Source: Salpingoeca rosetta (Eukaryota > Protista > Choanoflagellata). From it: a DNA stretch of 64,000 nucleotides. The notes below the pieces were generated by a model, which saw nothing but the letters and a program-made list of their open reading frames with translations, was not told where the DNA came from and ran no database searches. The translations under genes were made by a program, and so were the position numbers. This document shows positions 1 through 13,281 of this stretch, one piece after another. Where the stretch lies: positions 710,847-774,846 of the forward strand of contig JAWQFM010000029.1 in NCBI GenBank assembly GCA_033442325.1. Direction: 5' to 3'. Within the stretch, counting starts at the first letter, position 1. Every line of letters begins with the position of its first letter.

Positions 1-170
1 CACAAGACCCGTCTTGCGCCCCTGGTTCACAACAGGTTCATACACCACACGCTCGCCCTTCCAGAAGGCAAGCGGCTTCACCCGCGTGCGCTGAGGGCGG
101 CCTGGCACGGGAATGGGGTAGAAATGACATGGGTTGATTGAATGAGTTGAGGTCATCGAGCAAAGCACAG

Positions 171-210
<40 letters not shown>

Positions 211-2354
211 CGCATCCAACACACCTGTCGCTGGGTTGATTGGCGTGGATGAGGTCGTGATGATGTCCAAGTCACGTGGGCCTTCCTTTGCTTCTTTCTT
301 CACGCGTGTTGCCCTCTTCCCTTTCGTCTTCGATGCTGCTGCTGCTGCTGCGGTTGCCTTTGTCTTCCTCCCTCGCTTCGTGGCAGCAGCAGCAGCAGCA
401 GGTGGTGGTGATGGTGATGGCGATGGTGACGGTGATCTTGCCTTTGTTCGTCGGCCCTTCTGCTTCTTCTGCTTCGCGCCACCACGTGCCGACTTTCCTC
501 CCCTACGTCCCCTCACCACTCGTTCCTCCTCCTCCTCCTCCTCCTTGGTGCTGTCGTGCACGCTCATGTCCCCATCATCAGCACTCTCCTCCACGCCTTC
601 TTCTTCGTCCAGCGGCGACAGGGGCCCAGCGGCTGCATCGTCCTCCTCCGCATGGAACGACGCGCGCGTGGAGACATGACGCAATGGCGTGCTGCGCTGG
701 GGCGCATTTCGTTTTGACGGTGTCTTCGCAGAGCGCGGCGACGTGCGCGTCTTTGCGGACCGTTTTGCCGCAGTCGCTGGCGGTGACACCGCTTTCTGTC
801 TCGTTGTGCGTCCCCTTTGGCTTTGACGTGGCGACACCACACCCGTGTCGGCACCATCACCATCACCATCACCATCACCGTCATCACTGTGCCGTGTACC
901 ACGCTTCGACTTAGTCGTTTTCGTGGTCTTGGTCTTCGCAGCCTTCCTCCCTCCCTTGTTGAGTGGGAGCGCTGGGGAGACAGCCGTTTGCCTCGCACTC
1001 CGCCTCTTGTTCCCCTTGCCCTTTCCGCGATCACCACGCCGGCCACCATCACCATCGTCATCGCTCACATCGCCATCATCGTCGGCACCACCCAGATCAA
1101 ACAGGGGAACACCGAGCGACGTGCTCGGCACATCCGATGCGTTGCCATCATCATCATCATCATCATCATCGTCGTCGTCGTCATCATCATGTTCACCGTT
1201 ATGGATGGGTGATGGCACCTGTCAAGATGTGCGTGCGTGTGCGTGTGTGTGTGTGTGTAGACAGGTACACGTGAGGTGTGGAATCAGACACACATACGCA
1301 TACAAGAGCACGCACAAACGCACGCACAACGGGCGTAGCGCACAGGTGCAATTAAAACACGTGTTCACTCACGTCATCTTCATCAAAGTGCAGCTTCTTC
1401 TTGATGCTGGCAATCGGTGTGGAGGACGACATATGTGCGCGCTGCGATGAAACCAAAAGTTGTAGTTCACACACGAATGTTGACAAATCAAAACGCAAAC
1501 ACAAGCATGTGAGAGCAAGTTGGGTTGATCACGGCCCAAAGCCTGTTCCCCCCCTTCTCACTCACTCACGTACACACACACCTCACACTCACGTACATAC
1601 ACTCTCCCACACATTCACTTGCATCACATATGGTGGATGGGCATTCAAAGCGAGTTTTCCCTTACGTTGCCTGTGCGGCGGCGGCTGCTGGGACGCGAGG
1701 ATGCCCGTGCAGCAGCGCCGCTGGATGTCCCGCCCCGCTTCAGCACCGTCGATGTGTAAGGGGACGACGGGATCTGGTCGTCGTCGTCGTCGTCGTCGTC
1801 GTCGTAGTTGTCGTTGTCGTTGGCAGCTGCTGCGACGGCAGTGTCTGCATCCGAGTCTTCGTTAAACTCGCCAACGTCGCCCGTCACATCTGCATGAGTG
1901 GGTACATAGCAGCGTGGGAAAGAAGGACAAGCAGTGCATGAGCACGCGATCAGATGTGCATCAACAAGACACACGCACATACCTTCACACGCGCGTGTGC
2001 GAAACTCTACCAGTGCATCTTACAGTGTGTCCACTATACACGCAGCAGGACCACACACGCACACACGCACGCACGCACGCACACACACACAACAAAATCG
2101 CACATAGGCATTGCCACCTTCGCGATCAGAGTCGAAAAAGTCGTCCACGTCCTCCAGGCCGTGTGCATCACGGCGCACGTTCTCCTTTGCTCGGATGCCT
2201 GTGGCACTGCATACGCATGAGCAGACACAGGTGTGACAAGGACACAAGCAGTGACATCGTGTGTCAGAAGGTCGTATTGACAACCGGGCACAAAAGATCA
2301 CACGCCTTTGTGCGCGAAAAGGCACAGACACGCACATACACATATATGCATACA

Positions 2355-2410
<56 letters not shown>

Positions 2411-2503
2411 GACTGAGATGGGGTATGCAGCTCACCGTCCAGCAACGCCTGGTGCATGGAAATGCTGCGACCGGCGGCGCAGCCCTTCCTGTTTGCCTGA
2501 CAT
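1..2503 (-). CDS. CENPC: Centromere protein C (CENP-C/Mif2/Cnp3), multi-exon, 3' end beyond window start
   Basis: Spliced exons 2503-2436 and 2206-~2110 give MSGKQEGLRRRSQHFHAPGVAGRATGIRAKENVRRDAHGLEDVDDFFDSD, resembling the Mif2 N-terminal motif. The exon at 101-1 gives GRPQRTRVKPLAFWKGERVVYE, the CENP-C motif (RxxRxRxxPLxYWxGERxxY). Low-complexity basic/acidic exons lie between. Confidence 0.85.
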
Positions 2504-2588
2504 TGCTCACAACACAAGTCTGCGATAGCTGGTCAAAATGAGTCCACTGATGAACAGTTGGTACATGGCGATGTGCACGTGTGTATGT

Positions 2589-2627
<39 letters not shown>

Positions 2628-2881
2628 AGCTTCAAGGTACAGACAGGAACAGCAACACCACGACAACACCACAGCAGCAGTCATCCAAACTCACCCGCCG
2701 TCAAAAAACGGTCACAAACGGAAACAAGCCGCAGATAATTGTTTACATCTTCAACAAATCTTCCAAACTCGCACCAAAGCGGAGACGAAGAAGAAGAAGA
2801 AGCAAAACGACCAAGCGAGCGAACACTCACTGGCGCACATCGAGCCAACACCCCCCCCCACCCTCCTCTTTGTTGACAGAA
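2504..2881. promoter_or_regulatory. Short divergent (bidirectional) intergenic promoter region CENPC/DCTN6
   Basis: Head-to-head ATGs at 2503 (-) and 2882 (+), about 380 bp apart. Confidence 0.55.
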
Positions 2882-3087
2882 ATGGACCAGCTCACGATTC
2901 ACCCCACTGCGGTCGTGTGCCGTGGTGCTGTATTGAAAGGAAATGTGACGATTGGGCCCGGCACTGTCGTTCATCCAACCGCAACCATCGTGGCAGAGGT
3001 GTGGTTGGTTGGTTGTTTGTGTGCATGTTGGTGGTCTGGTTTGTTTGTGTGTTGTCGCAGTGGCGGAGCGAACACACGTGCGTACCC

Positions 3088-3149
<62 letters not shown>

Positions 3150-3713
3150 CACACACACAACACACAACACACACACACCTGCGTACCCATACACACACAA
3201 CACACAACACACAACGCAACACAACACACAACACGACGCGACATGACACAACACAATGCAACACAATGCACGCACTCACATGCGGACCATCGTCTCACAG
3301 GGCGACACAGCCATTGATATTGGCCGCGACAACATGATCGAGGAACAAACGGTGCTCAGAACCAGGTACAATCAAGGGTCGCGTTTGTCCCATGTATGCC
3401 AAGATTTGTGTTCGAAACGACTACGCTTGGGACAATGCACCTCGTCGTCTGTACCATGCCATGTCGTGCGTGACTCATGCGTTGCTGACTTGAGCGCGAC
3501 ATCGTGCATGCTGTCTTGTACAGTGCAGAGAATGGGAGCGGGACCATGATGATCATCGGGGACAACAACGTGTTTGAGATTGGTGCTGGTGCGTTTGCGG
3601 GAACGACACCAGCTGCTGTTGTTGCCCTTGTTCACTTGCACGATTCCACCACGACCATGCTTTCAACTGCCCACAGTGTCTGGAACACGCTCGCTTGCGA
3701 CACCACTGACACG

Positions 3714-3770
<57 letters not shown>

Positions 3771-3851
3771 TGTGTGTGTCTGTTTCTGTCCGTCTGTGCG
3801 TTTTCAGATGTTGCGTATGCGATGTGCTGCGTGACTCGCTGCCACATTCAC

Positions 3852-3927
<76 letters not shown>

Positions 3928-4071
3928 GAGTTGGAGGATCACACGATTGTGTATGGGCCGCGAAACGAAACGCGCGTTGACCCCGTTCACATTCAGCCAG
4001 AAACATTCAAGGAGGAACTGAAGTTGTTGCAGGAATCGTTGGGAAAGTACCATCCCATGATACAGCCATGA
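2882..4071 (+). CDS. DCTN6: Dynactin subunit 6 (p27), left-handed beta-helix; a middle exon appears to be missing from this assembly
   Basis: Exons 2882-2998 (MDQLTIHPTAVVCRGAVLKGNVTIGPGTVVHPTATIVAE), 3301-3365 (GDTAIDIGRDNMIEEQTVL), 3524-3588 (MMIIGDNNVFEIGA) and 3928-4071 (ELEDHTIVYGP...LKLLQESLGKYHPMIQP*), with GT-AG boundaries. Confidence 0.88.
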
Positions 4072-4260
4072 CGCTCGCGTGGTTGAATGCGTGTGTTTGT
4101 GTGTTTATATGTGGTCACGTGTGCGTGTTTCGTGGGGTTATTTGAATTGATTCCTTCCTTTCTTGCTGCGCAGTTGTTACATATTGCGTGTGCGTGCTGT
4201 TGTGCAAATACAATAACACACACGCACGCATGCGCACTCGCGTCACATCCGCACTTCATC

Positions 4261-4306
<46 letters not shown>

Positions 4307-4403
4307 GGTGTGTGTGTGTGTGTGTGTGGGTGTGTATGTGGGTGTGTGAACGGGGCGCGTGAATACTTTGCGTGATCGTCACATTCATGGTTGTGTCGGG
4401 GTA

Positions 4404-5039
4404 ACAAACGGGACAATGGGCAATGATACATCCAAAGGGAAAAAAAGGGTGGACATTGTGTGAAGAACATTTGTGACACACAGCAACGGCGTNNNNNNNN
4501 NNNNNNNNNNNNNNNNNNNNNNNNNNNNNNNNNNNNNNNNNNNNNNNNNNNNNNNNNNNNNNNNNNNNNNNNNNNNNNNNNNNNNNNNNNNNNNNNNNNN
4601 NNNNNNNNNNNNNNNNNNNNNNNNNNNNNNNNNNNNNNNNNNNNNNNNNNNNNNNNNNNNNNNNNNNNNNNNNNNNNNNNNNNNNNNNNNNNNNNNNNNN
4701 NNNNNNNNNNNNNNNNNNNNNNNNNNNNNNNNNNNNNNNNNNNNNNNNNNNNNNNNNNNNNNNNNNNNNNNNNNNNNNNNNNNNNNNNNNNNNNNNNNNN
4801 NNNNNNNNNNNNNNNNNNNNNNNNNNNNNNNNNNNNNNNNNNNNNNNNNNNNNNNNNNNNNNNNNNNNNNNNNNNNNNNNNNNNNNNNNNNNNNNNNNNN
4901 NNNNNNNNNNNNNNNNNNNNNNNNNNNNNNNNNNNNNNNNNNNNNNNNNACAAACGGGACAATGGGCAATGATACATCCAAAGGGAAAAAAAGGTGTGGA
5001 CATTGTGTGAAGAACATTGTGACAACACAGCAACGGCGT
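4404..5039. repeat. About 89-bp direct repeat flanking an N gap (4404-4492 and 4950-5039); probable unmerged contig overlap
   Basis: acaaacgggacaatgggcaatgatacatcc...cagcaacggcgt occurs on both sides of the gap and differs only by small, mostly homopolymer-type indels. Confidence 0.75.
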
Positions 5040-5243
5040 TATGGAGAATGTGAAGAAGGGATTGGAACGTAAAGATGATGTAACATATGTGCGCGCCACG
5101 CAGTGGACAGAAGGGTTGGGGTGGGGGTTCCAGACGAGTGATGGTGATGACAGAAGCAACTAGTTTGGAGTAGCGAATACAATGCGATGAGAATGAACAG
5201 AGGGTACAATTACACACACACACACACACACGCACACGCACAC

Positions 5244-5300
<57 letters not shown>

Positions 5301-5349
5301 CACACACACACGCACAAGTTCTTGCCACACAAACATTTCGGTTCTCACG

Positions 5350-5756
5350 TTGAGCGAGCGCCGTTCGGTCGTCTTGGCTGACCGGCTGCAACTGCATGAG
5401 GACAGGAGTGCCATCAACAACGACTGACAGCGTGCATGATGAGACAGCATTCACAGCCGGTGCCGATGGTGTTGATGATGACAATGGCGACGATGACAGT
5501 GGCCGCGCTGCTGCTGTTGCGTCGCTGGTGATGCGCACAGCTGATGCTGTTGTAGCGGTACTGCCGTCGTGCCTGCGACTCCCCTCCACTTCCTCATCCC
5601 CATCATCATCATCATCATCGTCGTCATCATCACCATCATGTTCATCAGCATCGTGATCACGATGAATGAGTTCACTCTCGTCCTCGCGTGGAATTGTGCG
5701 CCCGTGACGGCGAAGGTGCAGCGTCACATTCACACCTGGCACACGAAATGCGCATC

Positions 5757-5788
<32 letters not shown>

Positions 5789-5825
5789 GCGTGCGTGTGC
5801 GTGCGTGTGCGTGCGTGCGTGTGTG

Positions 5826-5868
<43 letters not shown>

Positions 5869-7047
5869 CGTAAGACTACGCGCAACAGTCGAGTACGGCG
5901 GTGAATGGCGGTTGCGGCGTTAAAACCGTCAGTTCCATTCAACGTTCTCCTTGATCATTCACGCCTCCTTCTCCCTCAAACACACACACACACACACATC
6001 ATCATCATCATCACCACCACCACCACCACCACCACCATGAGTTCGAACGTACAGAACTGTGTTGCGTCGTCGTCGTGTGTGGTGGAGGCAATGAGATCTC
6101 CATCAACGGTTGCGCACAGGTAGCGCCCATTGCACTCCAACCGGCACCACGGCGTGCCTGCAGGCACAAATGGCGTGAGCAGGAATTGGTGGCGAGGTGG
6201 TGGTGGTGGTGGTGGTGGTGGTGGTGGTGGTGGGAAGAGACAACGTGGGCAAGTGTGAAACGTATGGAGAGCCAGACAAAAACACCACTCACTTATGGTA
6301 AGCAAACGCGGAACACAGAATTACACACACACACACATATATATATATATAAGTCCACGTGAGTGGCCCAACCTTGCTCTGGTTTGATAGTGAAACGCGT
6401 GGCCTGATCCATCGTCGTCGTGTTAGTGACGCGCACGTGTGCGTCATCAGGCATGTGCAGGTACTTGCCGCTGTGGAACACGCTGTTGACATGTGATTTG
6501 GGGGCGGGGAAGAGCGGGGGACAAGGTGAGTGTGCTCATCAGAAGCAAGCAACACAACACGCTTTCGCTACAAACACCAATGCCCACAAGCTCAAAACAC
6601 ACACACACACATGCACATGCACATACGCACACACATACGCACACACATACGCACACACATACGCACACACATACACATACACACATACACATACACATGC
6701 ACATACACACATGATCTTGCTGTCTTCTGTGCAGTGGATGAACACACGCGCGAGAACACCGGCGCCGCCGCGAGCGTCAACCCATCCCTGCATGCACGCA
6801 TACAACAACAGGAAAACAACGGAAAAGGAGAATGAATGAATGAATATCGGCAGGCATTGGTGGGGACCGTACAAGTGTGAAATCTGACGGAAACACAAGC
6901 GTGCGGTGAGCTCAATATGCGGTTAAGAATACACTATCAATGCGCAATGTAAAGTTCATGCCAATACGCGCGCGCGTACACACTCCAAAACACGCACGCA
7001 TACACACACACACATACACACACACATACACACACACACGCACACAC

Positions 7048-7098
<51 letters not shown>

Positions 7099-7427
7099 AC
7101 CACACTCACGCGTCTGTTGTTGACGCGAAGCGGGGCTTCCGTCAGTTTGCTGTACACGCGCCCAAGGCACGCGCGCATGCCTGCAGGCAAGCTTGGTCGG
7201 GACAAAATATCGTGTCGCAGCTCACCACCCCGGAGGTTGATGGCGTGCACGGGCATTTGCAGCAGCCGCAGCTGCGACGGTGTGCGAACAAACGCCGTGT
7301 CGTAGTCTGAACGAATGCGGAAGAACAAAAGGAGGAAGAGGGAGGGGCGTGGAAGGGCATTATCGTGTGATGACGGAAAAACCAGGATGAAGGAAGATGG
7401 TACTCTGTGCGTGTGTGTGTGTGTGTG

Positions 7428-7490
<63 letters not shown>

Positions 7491-8147
7491 TGGTNNNNNN
7501 NNNNNNNNNNNNNNNNNNNNNNNNNNNNNNNNNNNNNNNNNNNNNNNNNNNNNNNNNNNNNNNNNNNNNNNNNNNNNNNNNNNNNNNNNNNNNNNNNNNN
7601 NNNNNNNNNNNNNNNNNNNNNNNNNNNNNNNNNNNNNNNNNNNNNNNNNNNNNNNNNNNNNNNNNNNNNNNNNNNNNNNNNNNNNNNNNNNNNNNNNNNN
7701 NNNNNNNNNNNNNNNNNNNNNNNNNNNNNNNNNNNNNNNNNGACAGGGTTGAGGGGTGAGCGACTGCGATGGAAGCATTGGCAGATATGGCGCATTGTCA
7801 ACACCATGTCGACACCATGTTATTCATAGAACACTTCAAACAGACATCAAACGGTCATAAGACAGCACCATCATGGCAACATACAACACACAGATGCACA
7901 CACACGCACAAGCTACGTCTTCCTCACTCTCTCCGTCGTTGTCCTGGTCAAACTCCTCAATCATCGCCTTAAGCTCATCATCGGGAATGTCCTCTCCCAA
8001 TTCCCTGTTTGTGACGCAAAGCAACGCGCAGCCGCGGTATGAGGAAAGTTGGGGAGGTGAATGTATCTCGTGGCATAAGCAAACGACACAGACGAGCAGC
8101 CACTCTCTTGCGGAAATACACACCACACTCACTCGCACACACACACA

Positions 8148-8220
<73 letters not shown>

Positions 8221-8788
8221 TAGCGAAGAAGACCGCTGGCCTCACCATGCGTGCATGGCGTCTGGTTTGATGAGGAGGGTGACGCGTGTACAGCGGCGCG
8301 GGCGATCACAGTCCGCACTGACGCCCTGATGGTGCCGATGATGATCGTGATGGTAAGAAGGTGTTGGAGCAAGATGCAGTGCTCTCGACCTTTCGCAGCC
8401 CCACACATGACACATGTAACGCAAACGCGCATAAGCAGCATGCACAACGCACATACACCACACACGGCAACTTCGGCCCATTCGTACGTGTCGCTTGGAG
8501 TATGCGAGAAACTTTGCTGATTCGTTGGAGAGGAGAAAGCACTTGACAACACGCATGGTGCCAACATCATCACTGCCACCTCGAACAATGTCCGAATACG
8601 TGCGTGTGTGCACTGTGTCGCGTGTGAGCGGCTCGCTCGCTGTCACCAGATCGTCCCACGACAGCACGTGCTCAAACTCTGCAAGTGTTTGAAGTGTTGC
8701 GATGTTTGTATGTTTGAGTTGGTGCATGTGTGCGTGTGTGTGTTGTTGCACGATTGAGGCAAAGGAAAACGCGTGTCAAACCGAGTCA

Positions 8789-8819
<31 letters not shown>

Positions 8820-10214
8820 CGGTGTGTCAGGAAACTTTAGACAAACGAGACACCATGTCAAACGCATTAGAATAGACGAGCGATGTGCAATCATCACACC
8901 GAACAACCATCCCACCTTGCTGTCTGCCAGTCCACATACTTCGCTGACGGCGGTGCGCACGCGCGCGTGTGTGTCCGTGTGCGCGTCGGGAAATGTGGCA
9001 GCGATTTCCTGCACGCGGACGCGTGTTCTTCGTCGCAAGCTCAAGCTAATGCAATGTGTGGAGGAGGGTCATGTGGTGCTGGTTATCAGTCCAAGTGAAA
9101 AGCGAGGGTGGACAGGCACGGGCACGCAGAGGTAACATGCCCGTGTACACATCTCACGGTGGAAATTACGCAATGCAACACAGCACACACCCACACATAC
9201 ACAACACACGCGCGCGCCCACACCCACACATGCAAACACACACACACACACACATGAGCTCACACAGCACACACAACACACATAACACAGCACAACGCAC
9301 ACACACGTACACACCACACCTCGTGCACGCGTGCTTTGAGAGCGCTGATTTCGTCCTTGTTGTCGCGTGTGTGCTGTGACATGGTTTGCATCCTCGCCTC
9401 CAGACGCACACGCAGGTCGTCAATCTGCTGCTTGATGGCGGCGTCGGTGACGTTGTTGTTGAGGGAGATGAGCGCCCGCACACGTCGCACCTCCACCCCA
9501 TCCCGCACCTCAACCTCGCTCCCTTCCCCGCCATCCAGCGCAATGCCCAGCAGAATCTGGCTTGGCTGCGGGTGCGCGCTCGCCTGGGCAACACCTGCGG
9601 GCCACTCAGCACTGGCAGCACTGGCGTGATCAGCGTTGCCTGCATGTACGGTGGTGCTGGTGATGGTGGGCATGCGAGACGGCTGCTTGCTCTTGCTGCT
9701 GTTCTTGCTGGTGCTCGAGCTGTTGCTGTTGTTGCGACGCCTACCATTGGCGCTGCCAGTACTAGCCTTCCTCTGCTTGCCACCATCATTGTCGCCGTGG
9801 CTGGTGGTGCTGCTGCTTCGCTCTTTCTTGGCGCTCGTGCTCCGTCGCCTGCTGCTCTGCCGATCGCCAGGAGTGACAGCGGGGGTGGCGTGGGCGCCGA
9901 CGTGCTGCTTTGAACTCGCAGCATCGCCCTCGGGTGCTTCAGTCGACTCGACACGTGACACCTGCGTTGATAAGTACGACACGGAGTAGTGGTTGTCAAG
10001 CACCGCGCTCTCCTCAACTTCAATCATCACCCATTCGTCGTCATCATCATCGTCGCCGTCGTCGTCACCATCATTCTTGGGCGCAGTTGCATCTGCCTCA
10101 GCAGTTGACGCAACGGTGCCTGCTTTCGTTACCGATGCAGCTGTCTTGTTACCATCACGATGATCAGAAGAAGCCGTGTCACCACCGCCATCCCCACCAC
10201 TCTCATCACCGAAC

Positions 10215-10302
<88 letters not shown>

Positions 10303-13242
10303 AGTCGTCGTGGATGCTGAGCAGTTCAAACTCTGCGGCTGCGTCCTCCAGCGAGACCGCATACGGCCCCGTGTACAGCAGATCCCCCGTCTTGACAGGA
10401 CCCCCGACCTTCGTCTCGATTGTGCTGTGTGCCATTCATCGCACGTGCCGTTGCGTACATGGCGTGGGATTTGGGTGTCAGTGGGCGAGATTGTGTGTGT
10501 GTGTGTGCGTGTGTGCGTGTGTGCGTGAGTGAGTGAGTGTGCACGGGTACATGAGTGTGCATGTGTGCATGTGTGCATGTGTGCTGTATCATTGAGCCCC
10601 GGTACCCTGCACAGCGTGATTGGTGGTAACAACCACGTCTCGTCGCCCGTTCACGACATTCAACAACACTGAGTGGTGTCTGCAGCAAATACATGCACAC
10701 CACCACCACCACCACCACCACCACCACCACCACCACCACCACCACCACCAAGCTGTGTCCACCAGTGCGTGACATAGACTCACCCGAACATGCACACGAG
10801 GTCGATGTGCTGCACAGGGAGTGACTCCACTTCCCGGCGATTGGCGCTGGCATGCCGGTGTGTGGTGGAGTGATGGTGTGGTGAGGTCGAAGGTGAGGTG
10901 TTGTCAGGAAGCACAACTTCACACATGCACGCACGACATGGCAATAGCATTTCACACACACGCGCGCACACAAGCCGATGGAGAAGAATGCAACAGTATG
11001 CGGTAATGCGTACATGGTGTGTGCTGATCTGCTGATGACACCGCACACGACAGCACCGGCAACGTTCTCGCGGCGCAACCGCTCAATGACCAGACGCCCG
11101 CCCGCAGCCGAGAACAGACCAACAACATCGCCCTCCTCAAATGACCTGCATAACACACACACACATGGGCGGGTGTATGCGGGTGCGTACTTTGGGTTGA
11201 ACGACACAAGTTCACACCTGAATGCCTTGCAATGATAATGTGTGCACCATACACACATACACACGAGCACATACACGAGCACACACACGAGCACAGCAAC
11301 AACAGCACCACCAAGAAACAAAGAAGACACATCTGGGTGTGCGCGTACTCTGATGCGCGGAGTTTGGGGAAGAGGTAGGCAATGTCGGCACCCGTGCTGG
11401 TGAGATCGGCCCCGCACTGAAAGCACTTGCCTGTGCAGATGAGGATGGGTGAGGCAGTGGTGGTGTTGGTGATTGGTGAACCCGAATACACACACACACA
11501 CACATACACACACACAATGACAAGAACACACACGGCACAGGGGCAAGAAACACAAGCGCAAGTGCACGCACTAGCACGACAGCCAACTCACAGCTGACGT
11601 TGAAGACGACTTGGAGCATGCCGCAGGAGGGGCAGTTTGCCATCCACACCTCTATCGACAGCAGTTCGTCAAGTGATGCGTGTGATGGCACTGGTGATGG
11701 TATGATGGGTGCGTCGGGTGACATGCCACTTGTGGTCGTGGTTGTGGCTGGCGAGAGCCCGCTTGTTGCTGCCGACGATGGTGACAGCCCTGCCCCAGGT
11801 GATGATGCGTACGATGGCTGCGGTGGGTGGGCTGGCAAGCCCTCTGAAAGCGTGTGTGCGAGCGAAGGTGGTGATTCTTGTGGCGACAGCGGTGAGAGGT
11901 GCTGTTCTTGCCACTGTTGCTGTTGTTGATGGAACTGTGGCTGTTGTTGCTGTTGTTGTTGGAACTGTGGCTGTTGTTGCTGCTGTTGTTGGAACTGCTG
12001 CTGTTGTTGGAACTGTGGCTGTTGTTGGATGGATGCTGGTGGGCTGAACGCCAGACCAAACGCGTGCGCACCGTCCATCTCCTCCTGCAGCTGCGGGTCG
12101 TGGAGACTGCCAAAGTTGATCATGTCTGCACCGACAAGCTGCATGCCGGCCTGTGGCGACGGCGTTGCGTCCATCGATGACGACGAGTGTCCAGATGGCG
12201 AGCCAACAACTGACCATTGGAGAGGAGGGGGAGTTGGGTTGTGTGGTTGAGTGCGTGTGCGGTAGTTGATTGTGTGAGTGTTGTTGAGTGTACGTGAGAT
12301 GTTGGCGCTATGATTTTTGAGTGCAAGAGCGTAACAGCGGCACTGATCAAGTGGTGAGGCGGAACCCTCTCGCAGTCAATCAACATCACACATGATCAAC
12401 ATGACATCACCAGCCCTGTACACCAATGCCATTGTCGCGACGAGCACTGCCATGAACATGCGCACAGCCGCAATCACGCCATCACTCAATCACGCACCAC
12501 CACGATTGCCACCGCACCTGGAGGGATGTCAAATATGTCTGACCATCCTCGTGGCACCGAGGCGCCTGCCGTCGTCGTCAGCATCTCGGGGTCGTTTGCA
12601 CCTCCGCCCAGCATGTTCGGGACCGAACCGCCCATCCCACCGTCAGGTGGCGGCTGGCGTCCTTGCTGGTGGTGGTCGGGGAGAGTGTATGGCTGTGTCG
12701 TGTGCGCGCGTCCGTGTTTCTGCGCGCGTGTGCGCGAGTGGCGAATCGGTCCGGTCCTCCGCGGGCTCCGAGCACTGGACGACGACGACGACGACAATGA
12801 AGACGGCGATGCTATTAATGCCGAAAAAGGAGGGGGGGGGAAGGGTGTGATCACGGGTGCATGCGTGAGTATGTGTGTGTGTGCATTTGTGGTTATTGTG
12901 TTTGTGTGTGTGTGTGTGCGCATTGTGTGTATTGTGTTTGTGTGTGTGTGTGCGTGCGCACATGTGAAGGTGAAGTCGCGTTGCTTTTCTCAACAATTCT
13001 GTTGTCACGTGACGAACTACGTTGCTTACCGCCGTGCGACACTGATTGCGGCAGATGTTGTTGTTGGGGCTGGTGGTGCTGCAATGCCGCTTGCAGATAC
13101 GCGTCACCTGCAGGTGACGCGCAAGCAATGTGTTGTTATAGTCGTCGATGGCGGGTGTGAAAGGGAGGCAACCAAGCTCAGGAGGGAACACGCACATGCC
13201 TTATCAACAGCACAAAGAAATGAGCACAGAGGGCACACACAC

Positions 13243-13281
<39 letters not shown>

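Noticed and set aside
4404-5039. Possible LTR pair around hidden sequence
   Set aside because: Only about 89 bp, directly abutting the gap, with homopolymer-type differences typical of overlapping contig ends.
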